Below are positions 1 through 8,675 of a stretch of DNA of 64,000 nucleotides, piece after piece. The notes beneath the pieces are model-generated. The model saw nothing but the letters and a program-made list of their open reading frames with translations. It was not told where the DNA came from and made no database searches. The position numbers and the translations under genes were made by a program. The number at the start of each line of letters is the position of its first letter. The stretch's first letter is position 1. Origin of the DNA: an uncultured delta proteobacterium (GTDB lineage: Bacteria; Myxococcota_A; Polyangia; Palsa-1104); assembly GCA_963785725.1 (NCBI GenBank), contig CAWAWS010000005.1, positions 128,001 through 192,000 of the forward strand, given 5' to 3'.

Positions 1-1383
1 ACCTGACGGCGTGTAGAGCTCGGCGCCGGGACCGCCACCGACGACCAGCACCGTGCCGTCGCACAGCGGCACGGCCACGTGCGAGGCGCGCGCCGTGCCG
101 AGCGAGCGCTCGGACACGAAGCCGACGCCGGGCACGAACAGCTCCACCGACGACAGCGGCATCTGATTGCTGCCGACACCGCCGACCACGAGCACGCGTC
201 CGTCGGGCAACAGCGTGGCCGAGTGGCGTCGCCGCGCGGTGCCGAGCGCGTAGGACGTCGTCTCGCGCGTGATCGGGTTGTAGACCTCGGCGTCGCCGGC
301 GGGCGTGCGCGCGCTGTCGATGGCGCCGCCGACGACGAGGATGGTGCCGTCTTGCAAGAGCGTGGCGGTGGCGTCGGCGCGCGGCTGCCGCAAGGCGGAG
401 ATCTCGCTCCACGCCGTCGGGCTGCCGTCGCCGTCGCTGTCGGGGACGAGCGCCTCGATCGACGCCGTCGGGCTGCCGGTCGCGTCGTAGCCGCCGATGA
501 CCACCGCGATGCCGATGGCGACGACGGCGGCGTGATCGCGACGCGCCACGTTCATGGCCGGCCCGGCGTCGACGGTGGCCGTGCCGTCGTCCTGCACCTG
601 CACGAGCGCCGCCGAAGCCAAGGGCGCGCCGCCCGAGACGGCGATGCCGCCGGTGACGAGCACGCGTCCGTCGGGCAGAACGACGGCGCGGTGGCCCATG
701 CGCGGGCCGAGCAGATCGTTCTCGAAGGCGACGAAGCTGCCGTTGCTGGCGAGGTAGACCTCGGAGCTGCCGATGGGCGCGTGGCTGGCGTCGCTGCCGC
801 CGACGACGAGCGCGCCGACGCCGGCCACCGGGACGAGCTGCGAGTTCTCGCGCGCCTGGTTGAGCGCCGGCGCCGCCAGCGTGAAGCGGCCCGTCGGCGG
901 CGAGTAGAGCTCGGCGTTCGTCAGCGCCTGCTCGTTCAGCATGTCGATGCCGCCGGCCAAGAGGATGCTGCCGTCGGCGAGCGCCAGCACCAACGGATCG
1001 TCGCGCTGCTCGAGCGGCGCGCCCACGGTGGGGCCGAAGAAGTTGGTGGGGGCGAAGTAGATCGACGCGGTCTCGCCGCGGCCCTCGAAATCGAAGGGGC
1101 AGCTCTGTCCGCGCGCCTGCACGTCGCCCGACGCGGTCACGCCTTCCAGCGTCAGCACCGTGCGCGGGCCTTCGGTCACGCCGGAGAGCGACAGATAGCG
1201 CGCGCCGCCGGCGCTGAAGCGTCGCTGCGCCAGCACGTGGTCGTCGCGCTCGGCGCTCAGGTTGAGCGCCGAGACCGCGGCCAACAGCCGGCGATCGGCG
1301 GGCAGGCGGATGTCGAGCGCGACGTCGGGTTTCGGGCTGCACGCCGCGAAGGCCAAGGCGGCGCCGAGCCACGCGCGCTTCAT
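1..1383 (-). CDS. Kelch-repeat (beta-propeller) lipoprotein, 3' end runs off the window
   Basis: Absent from the ORF track because it has no stop in the window. Translated by hand from ATG 1383, which overlaps the upstream stop as ATGA: MKRAWLGAALAFAAC lipobox, then repeated Kelch motifs (DGSILLAGG..AELYSP, DGRVLVTGG, HSATLLPDGRVLVVGG..VELF). In frame to position 1. Confidence 0.85.
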   Translation of the reverse strand, partial: MKRAWLGAALAFAACSPKPDVALDIRLPADRRLLAAVSALNLSAERDDHVLAQRRFSAGGARYLSLSGVTEGPRTVLTLEGVTASGDVQARGQSCPFDFEGRGETASIYFAPTNFFGPTVGAPLEQRDDPLVLALADGSILLAGGIDMLNEQALTNAELYSPPTGRFTLAAPALNQARENSQLVPVAGVGALVVGGSDASHAPIGSSEVYLASNGSFVAFENDLLGPRMGHRAVVLPDGRVLVTGGIAVSGGAPLASAALVQVQDDGTATVDAGPAMNVARRDHAAVVAIGIAVVIGGYDATGSPTASIEALVPDSDGDGSPTAWSEISALRQPRADATATLLQDGTILVVGGAIDSARTPAGDAEVYNPITRETTSYALGTARRRHSATLLPDGRVLVVGGVGSNQMPLSSVELFVPGVGFVSERSLGTARASHVAVPLCDGTVLVVGGGPGAELYTPSG

Positions 1384-2453
1384 CGCAGCGCTCCGATCGT
1401 GCCGCCGACGCTGGCGCCGTTCGGCTGTCCGTAGACGACGGCGATGGGCACGACGATCGCCGCGGTCGCCGCGCCCGCGGCAATGGTCCAGACCCACCAC
1501 GGCACATGCTTACGCCGCGGGGCTGCCCGCGCGACGGGCACGGGATCGAGGAGCTGATGCAAGGCCGCGTCGACCGCGCGCTCGGCCGAATCGGCGTCGA
1601 CGGCGGTATCGACCGTGCCGCCGCCGGGCGCGAGATCGTGGACGCGCAGTCGCCAGCCGGCGCCCTCACGCGTCACGGCGACGGTGAGCGCGCGGCCGCC
1701 GCCGGCCAGCGCCGTCAGCCGCTCGTCCGCCGGTCGCAGCGGCGTCAGCGACAGCGCCACCCGCTGCTGCGCCGTCGTGACGTCGATCGTGCCCGACCAG
1801 GGCGCGAGGCCTTCGTCGACGGCGCGGACGAAGTGGGTGCCCGGCGTCAGCGCCAGCGGGCCGTCGACGTCGCGGCCGTCGACGCGCACGTGGGCGACGG
1901 CGGGAGCGAGCGCGACGTTGACCGGCGCGACCGCCAGCGCCTCGGCCGCGGCGCGATGGTAGGCGGCGACCGCGCGTGGCGCGAAGCGCGCCGGATCGAG
2001 CACGCGCGCCGGCTCCAGCCGCGCCGCGCGCACGAAGTCGTCCCAAGCCGCATCCGCCGACCCGAGCTCGCTGCGCGCCAGCCCACGATAGAGGTAGACG
2101 TCGCTCAGCGATCGCGCGTCCAAGTCGCCACCGCCGGCCGCGCGCGCCGCTTCGGCCAGGGTCTCGAGGCGCGCCACCGCGTCGGCGAAGCGAAAGGCGC
2201 GATAATCGTCGAGCGCCGCCGCCAGCGCCGGCTGCAGCGACGCGACCACCGGCGCCGCGTCAGTGCCGTCGACGAAGACGGCGCCGCGCGCCGCCACGTT
2301 GCGCAACAGCGCGCCGCGCACGCGTCCGGGCGCGGCCGCGCTGCCGGCGCTGTACGGCTGCCAATAGACGACGTGAACGCGCGTCTCCGCGGCGACCGAA
2401 TGGGCGCCGGTCGCGACGACCACAGCGACGAAAAGTGGCGCGAGCCTCGACAC
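1380..2453 (-). CDS. Secreted TPR/PEGA-like protein with C-terminal membrane anchor
   Basis: Signal peptide, TPR-like helices (YLYRGLARSELG..AWDDFVRAARLEP), PEGA-like VRVDG..LTPGTHFVR and C-terminal PWWVW TM. Typical partner of myxobacterial kinases. Confidence 0.7.
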   Translation of the reverse strand: MSRLAPLFVAVVVATGAHSVAAETRVHVVYWQPYSAGSAAAPGRVRGALLRNVAARGAVFVDGTDAAPVVASLQPALAAALDDYRAFRFADAVARLETLAEAARAAGGGDLDARSLSDVYLYRGLARSELGSADAAWDDFVRAARLEPARVLDPARFAPRAVAAYHRAAAEALAVAPVNVALAPAVAHVRVDGRDVDGPLALTPGTHFVRAVDEGLAPWSGTIDVTTAQQRVALSLTPLRPADERLTALAGGGRALTVAVTREGAGWRLRVHDLAPGGGTVDTAVDADSAERAVDAALHQLLDPVPVARAAPRRKHVPWWVWTIAAGAATAAIVVPIAVVYGQPNGASVGGTIGALR

Positions 2454-2476
2454 GGGCGGAGTGTATCATGTGCCTC

Positions 2477-3931
2477 GTGGGAGTCCGTTTCGGCCGCTAC
2501 GATCTCGTGCGCAGGCTCGGACGCGGCGGTATGGCCGAAGTCTTCTTGGCCCGGCTGCGGGGTCCCGAGAACTTCGAGAAGCTCTTGGTCATCAAGCGCG
2601 TGCTGCCGTCGCGGAGCCAAGATCGTAAGTTCCTCGACCTGTTCTTCGAGGAGGCGCGCACGCAGGTCTCGCTGTCGCAGGGCAATCTCGTGCCCATCTT
2701 CGACTTCGGCCGCGTCGGCAACGTCTACTTCATCGCCATGGAGTACGTGGCCGGCGTCGATCTGGCGACGCTGCTGGCGGTCGAAAAGCGCGCCCAGCGC
2801 ACCTTGCCGCCGGCGGTCGTGGCGTACCTCGGCATCGAGCTGTGCCGCGGTCTCGCGTACGTCCATCGGCGCCGGCTCGTGCATCGCGACGTCACCCCGC
2901 GCAACGTGCTCTTGTCGCTCGACGGCGAGGTCAAGCTCTCCGATTTCGGCGTGGCGCTGGCGCCCGACAGCCCCGCCGCCGCGGGCGTGCGCGGCACGCT
3001 GGCCTACATGGCGCCGGAGCAGGCCGACGGCGAGCCCCTCGACGGCCGCGCCGACCTGTACGCGCTCGGCCTCGTGCTGATCGAAGCGGCGACGGGAGCT
3101 CGCGTGCGGCAGCCGGGCGACGCGGCGCCGCCGCCGGCCATCGACGGACCGCTCGGCGCCGTGCTGACCCGCGCCACGCAGCCGCGTGCCGTCGACCGCT
3201 TCGCCGACGCGGACGAGCTGATGGCGGCGCTGGAGCAGGCCTCGCGGCTGTTGCCGGCGACGGCCGAGGGGCCGGCGCGCCTGCTGGCGGCGCGCGTCGC
3301 CGACGCGGCGCCGGCCAACGCAGCGGCGGAGCTCGTCGACGTCGTGCCGACGCCCGGCCCCGAGACGTCGTTTCGCGAGGCGGCGACGGCGGACGACGCC
3401 GTGCGCGCGCTGCGCGGCGCCGCCACGCGCGATCGGCTGCGGCGTCGCCTGCTCGTCGGCCTGACGCTGCTGGCGCTGATCGCCGCCGCCGTTGCCGCGC
3501 CACGCGTCATCCGGCGACGGCGCCAGCCCCTACGACGAGCCGAGCAAACGATGACACCGGCCGCGACGAGCCCGGGCGCGACCGCTGCGAGCGTGCACCG
3601 GCCCGCGGTTCCCGCGCAGGAATCGCCGACGCCGACGCCAGCGGACGGCGCCGCGCCCGCGCCGGACGAGGCGAGGCGCGCCACGGCCGCGCGAAGCGTG
3701 CGTCCTCGTGCGGTTTCGACCGCGGAGCCCGGCGTCGTGCGACTGCGCTGCACGCCGTGGTGCTTCGTCTTCGTCGACGGCGTGCGGCGCGGTGATGATG
3801 GGCGCGAGCATGTGCTGCCGCTGAGCGCCGGTCACCACGTCGTCGCCGTGCAGCGGCTCGATGACCGACAGGAGCGCGCGGTCGAGGTTTCACCCGATCA
3901 TGCGCTCGACCTACGCTTCGACTTCGACTGA
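2477..3931 (+). CDS. Membrane Hanks-type Ser/Thr protein kinase with C-terminal PEGA-like domain
   Basis: GRGGMAEV, VIKRV, HRDVTPRN, DFG, GTLAYMAPE, TM helix, PWCFVFVDG. Start is GTG 2477 or ATG 2468; the upstream part of ORF 1976 is spurious. Confidence 0.9.
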   Translation: MGVRFGRYDLVRRLGRGGMAEVFLARLRGPENFEKLLVIKRVLPSRSQDRKFLDLFFEEARTQVSLSQGNLVPIFDFGRVGNVYFIAMEYVAGVDLATLLAVEKRAQRTLPPAVVAYLGIELCRGLAYVHRRRLVHRDVTPRNVLLSLDGEVKLSDFGVALAPDSPAAAGVRGTLAYMAPEQADGEPLDGRADLYALGLVLIEAATGARVRQPGDAAPPPAIDGPLGAVLTRATQPRAVDRFADADELMAALEQASRLLPATAEGPARLLAARVADAAPANAAAELVDVVPTPGPETSFREAATADDAVRALRGAATRDRLRRRLLVGLTLLALIAAAVAAPRVIRRRRQPLRRAEQTMTPAATSPGATAASVHRPAVPAQESPTPTPADGAAPAPDEARRATAARSVRPRAVSTAEPGVVRLRCTPWCFVFVDGVRRGDDGREHVLPLSAGHHVVAVQRLDDRQERAVEVSPDHALDLRFDFD

Positions 3932-3980
3932 CGACCAACCTGGCACGCTCCTTTCATTCACGACGGGTCGCGGAGGGAAC

Positions 3981-4688
3981 ATGAAGACGATCGAGGAGCG
4001 AACGCGGCGGCGGTTCTTGCAGGAGGCGGTCGGCGTCGGGGCGGCGCTGGCGCTGGCGGCGCATCCGGCCGGCGTCAGCGCCAAGCCGAAGGACGACGAC
4101 GATGACGTGTCGCCGACTGAAGATCTGATGCGCGAGCACGGTGTGCTGCGGCGGCTGCTGCTGGTCTACGGCGAGGTCATCCGGCGCGTCGAGGCCAACC
4201 AGGAGGTCGCGGCGGATTCGGTGGCGCATTCGGCGCAGATCATCCGCGTCTTCATCGAGGACTATCACGAGCGCGACGAAGAGGAGTTCATCTTCCCGCG
4301 CTTCCAACGGGCGGGAAAGCTGACCGACCTCGTCGGCGTCTTGCTGCAGCAACACCAGGCCGGGCGCAAGCTGACGGCGACCATCGAGCGGCTGGCCACG
4401 GTGCCGGCGCTCAAGAGCGCGACCAGCCGGCACGAGCTGACCGACGCCATGCGCCAGTTCATTCGCATGTACGAGCCGCACGCCGCGCGTGAAGACACGG
4501 TCCTGTTTCCCGCGTTCGCCAAGCTCGTCGGCGACAAGGAGCTGCACAAGCTGCAGGAGACGTTCGAGCAGAAGGAGAAGGCGCTGCCGCTCGGCGACTT
4601 CGAGAAGATGGTCGCCGACGTGGCGGGCATCGAGAAGACGCTCGGCATCGACGACCTCGCTGCGTTTACGCCGGCCACGAAGCGCTGA
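3981..4688 (+). CDS. Tat-exported hemerythrin/HHE cation-binding protein
   Basis: RBS GGAGGG. RRRFL twin-arginine signal. HHE motifs EHG, YHERDEEEFIFP, QHQAGR, HAAREDTVLFP. Confidence 0.85.
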   Translation: MKTIEERTRRRFLQEAVGVGAALALAAHPAGVSAKPKDDDDDVSPTEDLMREHGVLRRLLLVYGEVIRRVEANQEVAADSVAHSAQIIRVFIEDYHERDEEEFIFPRFQRAGKLTDLVGVLLQQHQAGRKLTATIERLATVPALKSATSRHELTDAMRQFIRMYEPHAAREDTVLFPAFAKLVGDKELHKLQETFEQKEKALPLGDFEKMVADVAGIEKTLGIDDLAAFTPATKR

Positions 4689-4779
4689 ACGTCAGCGCGC
4701 CGCGGCCACCTTCAATCCAGCTAACATCGAGCTGTGCTCGACCGAGGCGACGCTGCGCTTGGATCGCCGCCTCGATCGT

Positions 4780-4815
4780 GATATTACTAAATTGAAATAT
4801 GATGATTCGATATTG
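4780..4815 (+). promoter_or_regulatory. AT-rich arsR promoter/operator region
   Basis: ATATTACTAAATTGAAATATGATGATTCGATATT, an AT island in 70% GC DNA directly upstream of arsR. Confidence 0.5.
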
Positions 4816-5192
4816 TGGAGACTGAGTTGGCCTACGCCGCTGTCGATACCGACGTCGCGCCTTTGTCGCGCATGTTTCGCGCGCTCGGCGACGACGTCCG
4901 CCTGCGCATCGTGGCGCTGCTCGCGCACGGCGAGCTCTGCGTCTGTCACATCGAGAAGGCGCTGCGCTTGACGCAGCCGAACGCGTCGCGGCAGCTCGGC
5001 ATCCTGCGCGCCGCCGGCCTCGTCGCGCGCGACCGGCGCGACAAGTGGGTCTACTACCGCTTGGCGTCGCAGGTCGATGCCGATTGTCGTCGCCATTTGA
5101 GATCGCTCGTGGCCTCGTTCGCCAAGCGCGACGTGCTGCGGGCGGACGTCGCGCGACTGGTGCGCGTCTGCGGGCCGGACGCATGCAAGTAG
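4815..5192 (+). CDS. arsR: ArsR/SmtB family As(III)-responsive repressor
   Basis: FRALGDDVRLRI, ELCVCHI metal site, HTH SRQLGILRAAGLV, WVYY. Start uncertain (4815 or ATG 4872). Confidence 0.9.
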   Translation: METELAYAAVDTDVAPLSRMFRALGDDVRLRIVALLAHGELCVCHIEKALRLTQPNASRQLGILRAAGLVARDRRDKWVYYRLASQVDADCRRHLRSLVASFAKRDVLRADVARLVRVCGPDACK

Positions 5193-5587
5193 CGCTCGTC
5201 GTCTTCGCGTGCGTGCACAACGCGGGGCGCTCGCAGATGGCCGCCGCGTTCTTCAACAAGCTGGCCCGTCCGTCGTGCGCGCGCGCGGTTTCAGCGGGGA
5301 CGCGACCCGGTGCGCACGTTCATCCCGAGGTCATCGCCGTCATGCGGGACAAAGGCGTCGACCTCGTCGCCGCCGTCCCGCGGCAGCTGACGCCCGAGCT
5401 GGCGGCCGGCGCGCAGTGGCTCGTCACGATGGGCTGCGGCGAGCAGTGCCCGGTCGTGCCCGGCGCGCGCCGCGACGATTGGCCGATCGAAGATCCGAAG
5501 GGAAAGCCGCTCGATCGCGTGCGCGCGATTCGCGACGAGATCGAGGCGCGCGTGCGGCAGCTCGTCGTCGCCAACGGCTGGTCATGA
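5183..5587 (+). CDS. arsC: Arsenate reductase, LMW-PTP family
   Basis: CVHNAGRSQMA P-loop, TMGCGEQCP resolving cysteines, DWPIEDPKG. Lies in an ars operon. Confidence 0.92.
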   Translation: MQVALVVFACVHNAGRSQMAAAFFNKLARPSCARAVSAGTRPGAHVHPEVIAVMRDKGVDLVAAVPRQLTPELAAGAQWLVTMGCGEQCPVVPGARRDDWPIEDPKGKPLDRVRAIRDEIEARVRQLVVANGWS

Positions 5588-6643
5588 CGACATCGCCGAC
5601 CAGGCGGCTCTCCAGGCTCGATCGCTATCTGCCGCTCTGGATTTTCGCCGCGATGACGCTCGGCCTCGCGCTCGGGCGCATCTGCCCCGGCATCGGTCCG
5701 GCGCTCGATCGCGTCCGGCTCGACACGGTCTCCTTGCCGATCGCCATCGGCCTCTTGTGGATGATGTACCCGGTGCTGGCCAAGGTGAGCTACGGCAAGC
5801 TCGGCCGGCTGACGACGCGCGGCCCGCTCATCGGCACGTCTCTCGTGTTCAACTGGATCGTCGGACCGATCTTGATGTTCGCGCTCGCCTGGCTCTTTCT
5901 GCCCGACCTGCCGCACTACCGCAACGGCCTCATCCTCATCGGCCTGGCGCGCTGCATCGCGATGGTGCTGATCTGGAACATGCTGGCGTGCGGCTCGGGC
6001 GAGCTGGCGGCGGTGCTGGTGGCGCTCAACTCGATCTTTCAGATCGCGTTCTATTCGCTCTTGGGCTGGCTGTTCCTCACCGCGATCCCGCGCTGGCTTG
6101 GCTCGGATGCGCTGCAATTCCACGTCTCGATGGCGGCGATCGCCAAGAGTGTGGCCCTCTTCCTCGGCGTGCCGCTGGTGGCAGGCGCGCTGACGCGCTG
6201 GCTCTTGGTTCGACGTCGCGGCGAAGCTTGGTATGAGACGCGGTTCTTGCCACGCATCGGTCCGACGGCGCTGATCGGGCTCCTTTATACGATCGTCATC
6301 ATGTTCGCGATGCAGGGCGATCAGATCCTCGCCCACCCGCTCGACGTCGCTGCGCATCGCGCTGCCGCTCATCGTCTACTTCCTCGTCACGTTCGTGGCG
6401 GCGTTCCTGGTCAGCCGCAAGCTCGGCTTCTCCTACGAAGAGACCGCGGCGGTTTCCTTTACGGCCGCGGGCAACAACTTCGAGCTGGCGATCGCGGTCG
6501 CCGTCGGCCTCTTCGGCATCCGCTCGGGCGAGGCGCTGGCGGGGGTCGTCGGGCCGCTGATCGAGGTGCCGGCGCTCGTCGCGCTCGTCTATCTTTCGTT
6601 GTGGCTGCGCGACCGGCTGTACCGGACGCCGCGTGCGCGTTAG
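5584..6643 (+). CDS. acr3: Acr3 arsenite efflux permease (+1 frameshift near 6348)
   Basis: LDRYLPLWI, MMYPVLAKV, GLARCIAMV, then FTAAGNNFELAIAVA and GPLIEVP in the next frame. Removing one G near 6348 restores DVLRIALPLIVYF. Confidence 0.9.
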
Positions 6644-8223
6644 ACGGCCGGCTTCGCCGGCGCGCCATTCGTAATCGCGTCGATCAGCTGACGGACATCG
6701 ATTGGCTTGACCAAGTGCGCATCGAAGCCCACGTCGAGGGTGCGCTCGCGGTCGCTCGCCTGCCCGTAGCCCGTCAGGGCGATCAGCCGCGTCCGCAGGA
6801 GCGACGGTCGGGTGCGGATCTTCCGCGCGACCTCATACCCGTCCATGATGGGCAGGCCGATATCGAGCACGATCGCCGAGGGCTCGATGCGATCGAGCAG
6901 CGCCAGCGCCGACGGTCCGTCGTGCGCGACCTCGACCTCGTAGCCTTCCATGCGCACCACTTCGGCCAGCATCTCCACGCTGTCCTCGTTGTCGTCGACC
7001 AATAAGACGCGACCGCGTCGGACAGCCGGGTCGCGCGGTCGCGCGTCGGCGGCGACCCGCTTTTGTGCTTCGGTGACCTCCGCGGCGACGCGCGGCAAGC
7101 GAACCGTGAACTGACTGCCGCGCTCCTTGCCTTCGCTCTCCACCGCGACGGCGCCACCGTGCAGCTTGACGAGATTGCGCACGAGCGCGAGGCCGAGGCC
7201 GAGGCCGCCTTCGCTGCGCGCGAGCGGTCGTGAGCCTTGAACGAACAGGTCGAAGATGCGCGGCAACAGCTCGGCTTCGATGCCGATTCCGTTGTCGCGC
7301 ACGCGGATGACCGCGCTCTCGCCTTCCGCGTCGAGCGTCAGCGCGATGTCCCCGCCCGGATTCGTGTAGCGACAGGCGTTCGTCAAGAGGTTCGCCACGA
7401 CCTGCGCCAGCCGGGCTTCGTCGCCGTTGACGAAGATCGTACGCGGGAGCGCTTCGACCCGGAAATGATGGGCCCGATGCTCGAACATCGGGCTGGCCAT
7501 CTCGACCCCTTTGGCGACCACTTCCGCCAGGTCGAGCGTGCGGGTCTTGAGCTCGACCTTGCCGCGCGCGATCTTGGCCACGTCCAGCAGATCGTCGACC
7601 AGCCTGGTCAGATGGCTCACTTGACGCTCGATGATCGCGTATTCGCGGCTGGGTCGCCCATCGCCGCGGAGCTTGAGCAGCTGCAACGCCGTCACGATCG
7701 GCGCCAACGGGTTGCGCAGCTCGTGCCCGAGCATGGCCAAGAACTCGTCTTTGGCGCGATTGGCCGCTTCCAGCTGCGTCAGGATCCGTTCACGGTCGGC
7801 GAAGACCAACTCGCGCTCCGACTCCGCGCGACGACGCGCGCGACGGTTCTCGGCGGCGCGCAGCTCGCGCCGGATGATCGGCTCGAGCCGCGCCGGCGTC
7901 TCCTTCGAGACGAAGTCGTGCGCGCCCGCGCGCATCATCTCGACGGCGACATCATGACTGACCGCGCCCGACATCACCACGAACGGCAGATCGAGGTTGT
8001 GCTGGCGCAGGAGCTCGAGCGCGTGCGGCGCCTCGAAGCCCGGCACCAAATGGTCGGCGACGACGACGTCCCACTGCGCGCTCTGCAGCGCCGCGAGAAA
8101 CTCCGGCGCCGCCTGGACGCGCTGAATGTGCGCGTCGAACCCGGCGCGCCGGAGCTGCACGCGCAAGAGCTCGGCGTCGTCGTCCGAGTCTTCGATGTGG
8201 ATGACCCGCAGCGAGACGATCAC
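6640..8223 (-). CDS. Hybrid sensor histidine kinase (REC-HisKA-HATPase-REC)
   Basis: N-terminal receiver, HELRNPL H-box, NLLTNA, DNGIGI, GLGLGL, C-terminal receiver. GTG 8223 overlaps the upstream stop (GTGA). Confidence 0.9.
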   Translation of the reverse strand: MIVSLRVIHIEDSDDDAELLRVQLRRAGFDAHIQRVQAAPEFLAALQSAQWDVVVADHLVPGFEAPHALELLRQHNLDLPFVVMSGAVSHDVAVEMMRAGAHDFVSKETPARLEPIIRRELRAAENRRARRRAESERELVFADRERILTQLEAANRAKDEFLAMLGHELRNPLAPIVTALQLLKLRGDGRPSREYAIIERQVSHLTRLVDDLLDVAKIARGKVELKTRTLDLAEVVAKGVEMASPMFEHRAHHFRVEALPRTIFVNGDEARLAQVVANLLTNACRYTNPGGDIALTLDAEGESAVIRVRDNGIGIEAELLPRIFDLFVQGSRPLARSEGGLGLGLALVRNLVKLHGGAVAVESEGKERGSQFTVRLPRVAAEVTEAQKRVAADARPRDPAVRRGRVLLVDDNEDSVEMLAEVVRMEGYEVEVAHDGPSALALLDRIEPSAIVLDIGLPIMDGYEVARKIRTRPSLLRTRLIALTGYGQASDRERTLDVGFDAHLVKPIDVRQLIDAITNGAPAKPAV

Positions 8224-8675
8224 GGGACCTCGATCCGCACGCCCGGCGGCTGATTGCGCGTCATCCAGAAGGCGCCGACGTCCGCGATCAGTTTCTTGTA
8301 TTCGCCGAAGTCGGTCGGCTTGCGGACGTAGGCGTTGGCGCCGCGCCGGTAGCTCTCTTGAAGGTCCTTGTCCTCGTTCGACGACGTGAAGACGACGACC
8401 GGCAACAGACGCGTCCGCTCGTCGTGACGCATGGCCGCCAGCACTTCGATGCCGTTGACCTTGGGCAGCTTCAGATCGAGGAGCACCACGCGCGGCGCCG
8501 CGGCCGGATCGCGGCCGGCGTGCGCGCCCTCCGCGAACAGCCACTCGAGCGCCTCGGCGCCGTCATGGGCCACGCGCAGGAGATGCGGAATGCCGATGCG
8601 CTGCAGCGCCAGGCGCGCCAGCTCCTCGTCGTTGGGATCGTCGTCCACGAGCAGTAAGAGCGGCAGATCAGCCAT
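8220..8675 (-). CDS. Single-domain response regulator (Rcp1/CheY-like)
   Basis: LLVDDDPND, LLDLKLPKVNG, FTSS, GANAYVRKP. Confidence 0.92.
   Translation of the reverse strand: MADLPLLLLVDDDPNDEELARLALQRIGIPHLLRVAHDGAEALEWLFAEGAHAGRDPAAAPRVVLLDLKLPKVNGIEVLAAMRHDERTRLLPVVVFTSSNEDKDLQESYRRGANAYVRKPTDFGEYKKLIADVGAFWMTRNQPPGVRIEVP

Noticed and set aside
79..1434. 451-aa plus-strand ORF
   Set aside because: Antisense shadow of the Kelch lipoprotein.
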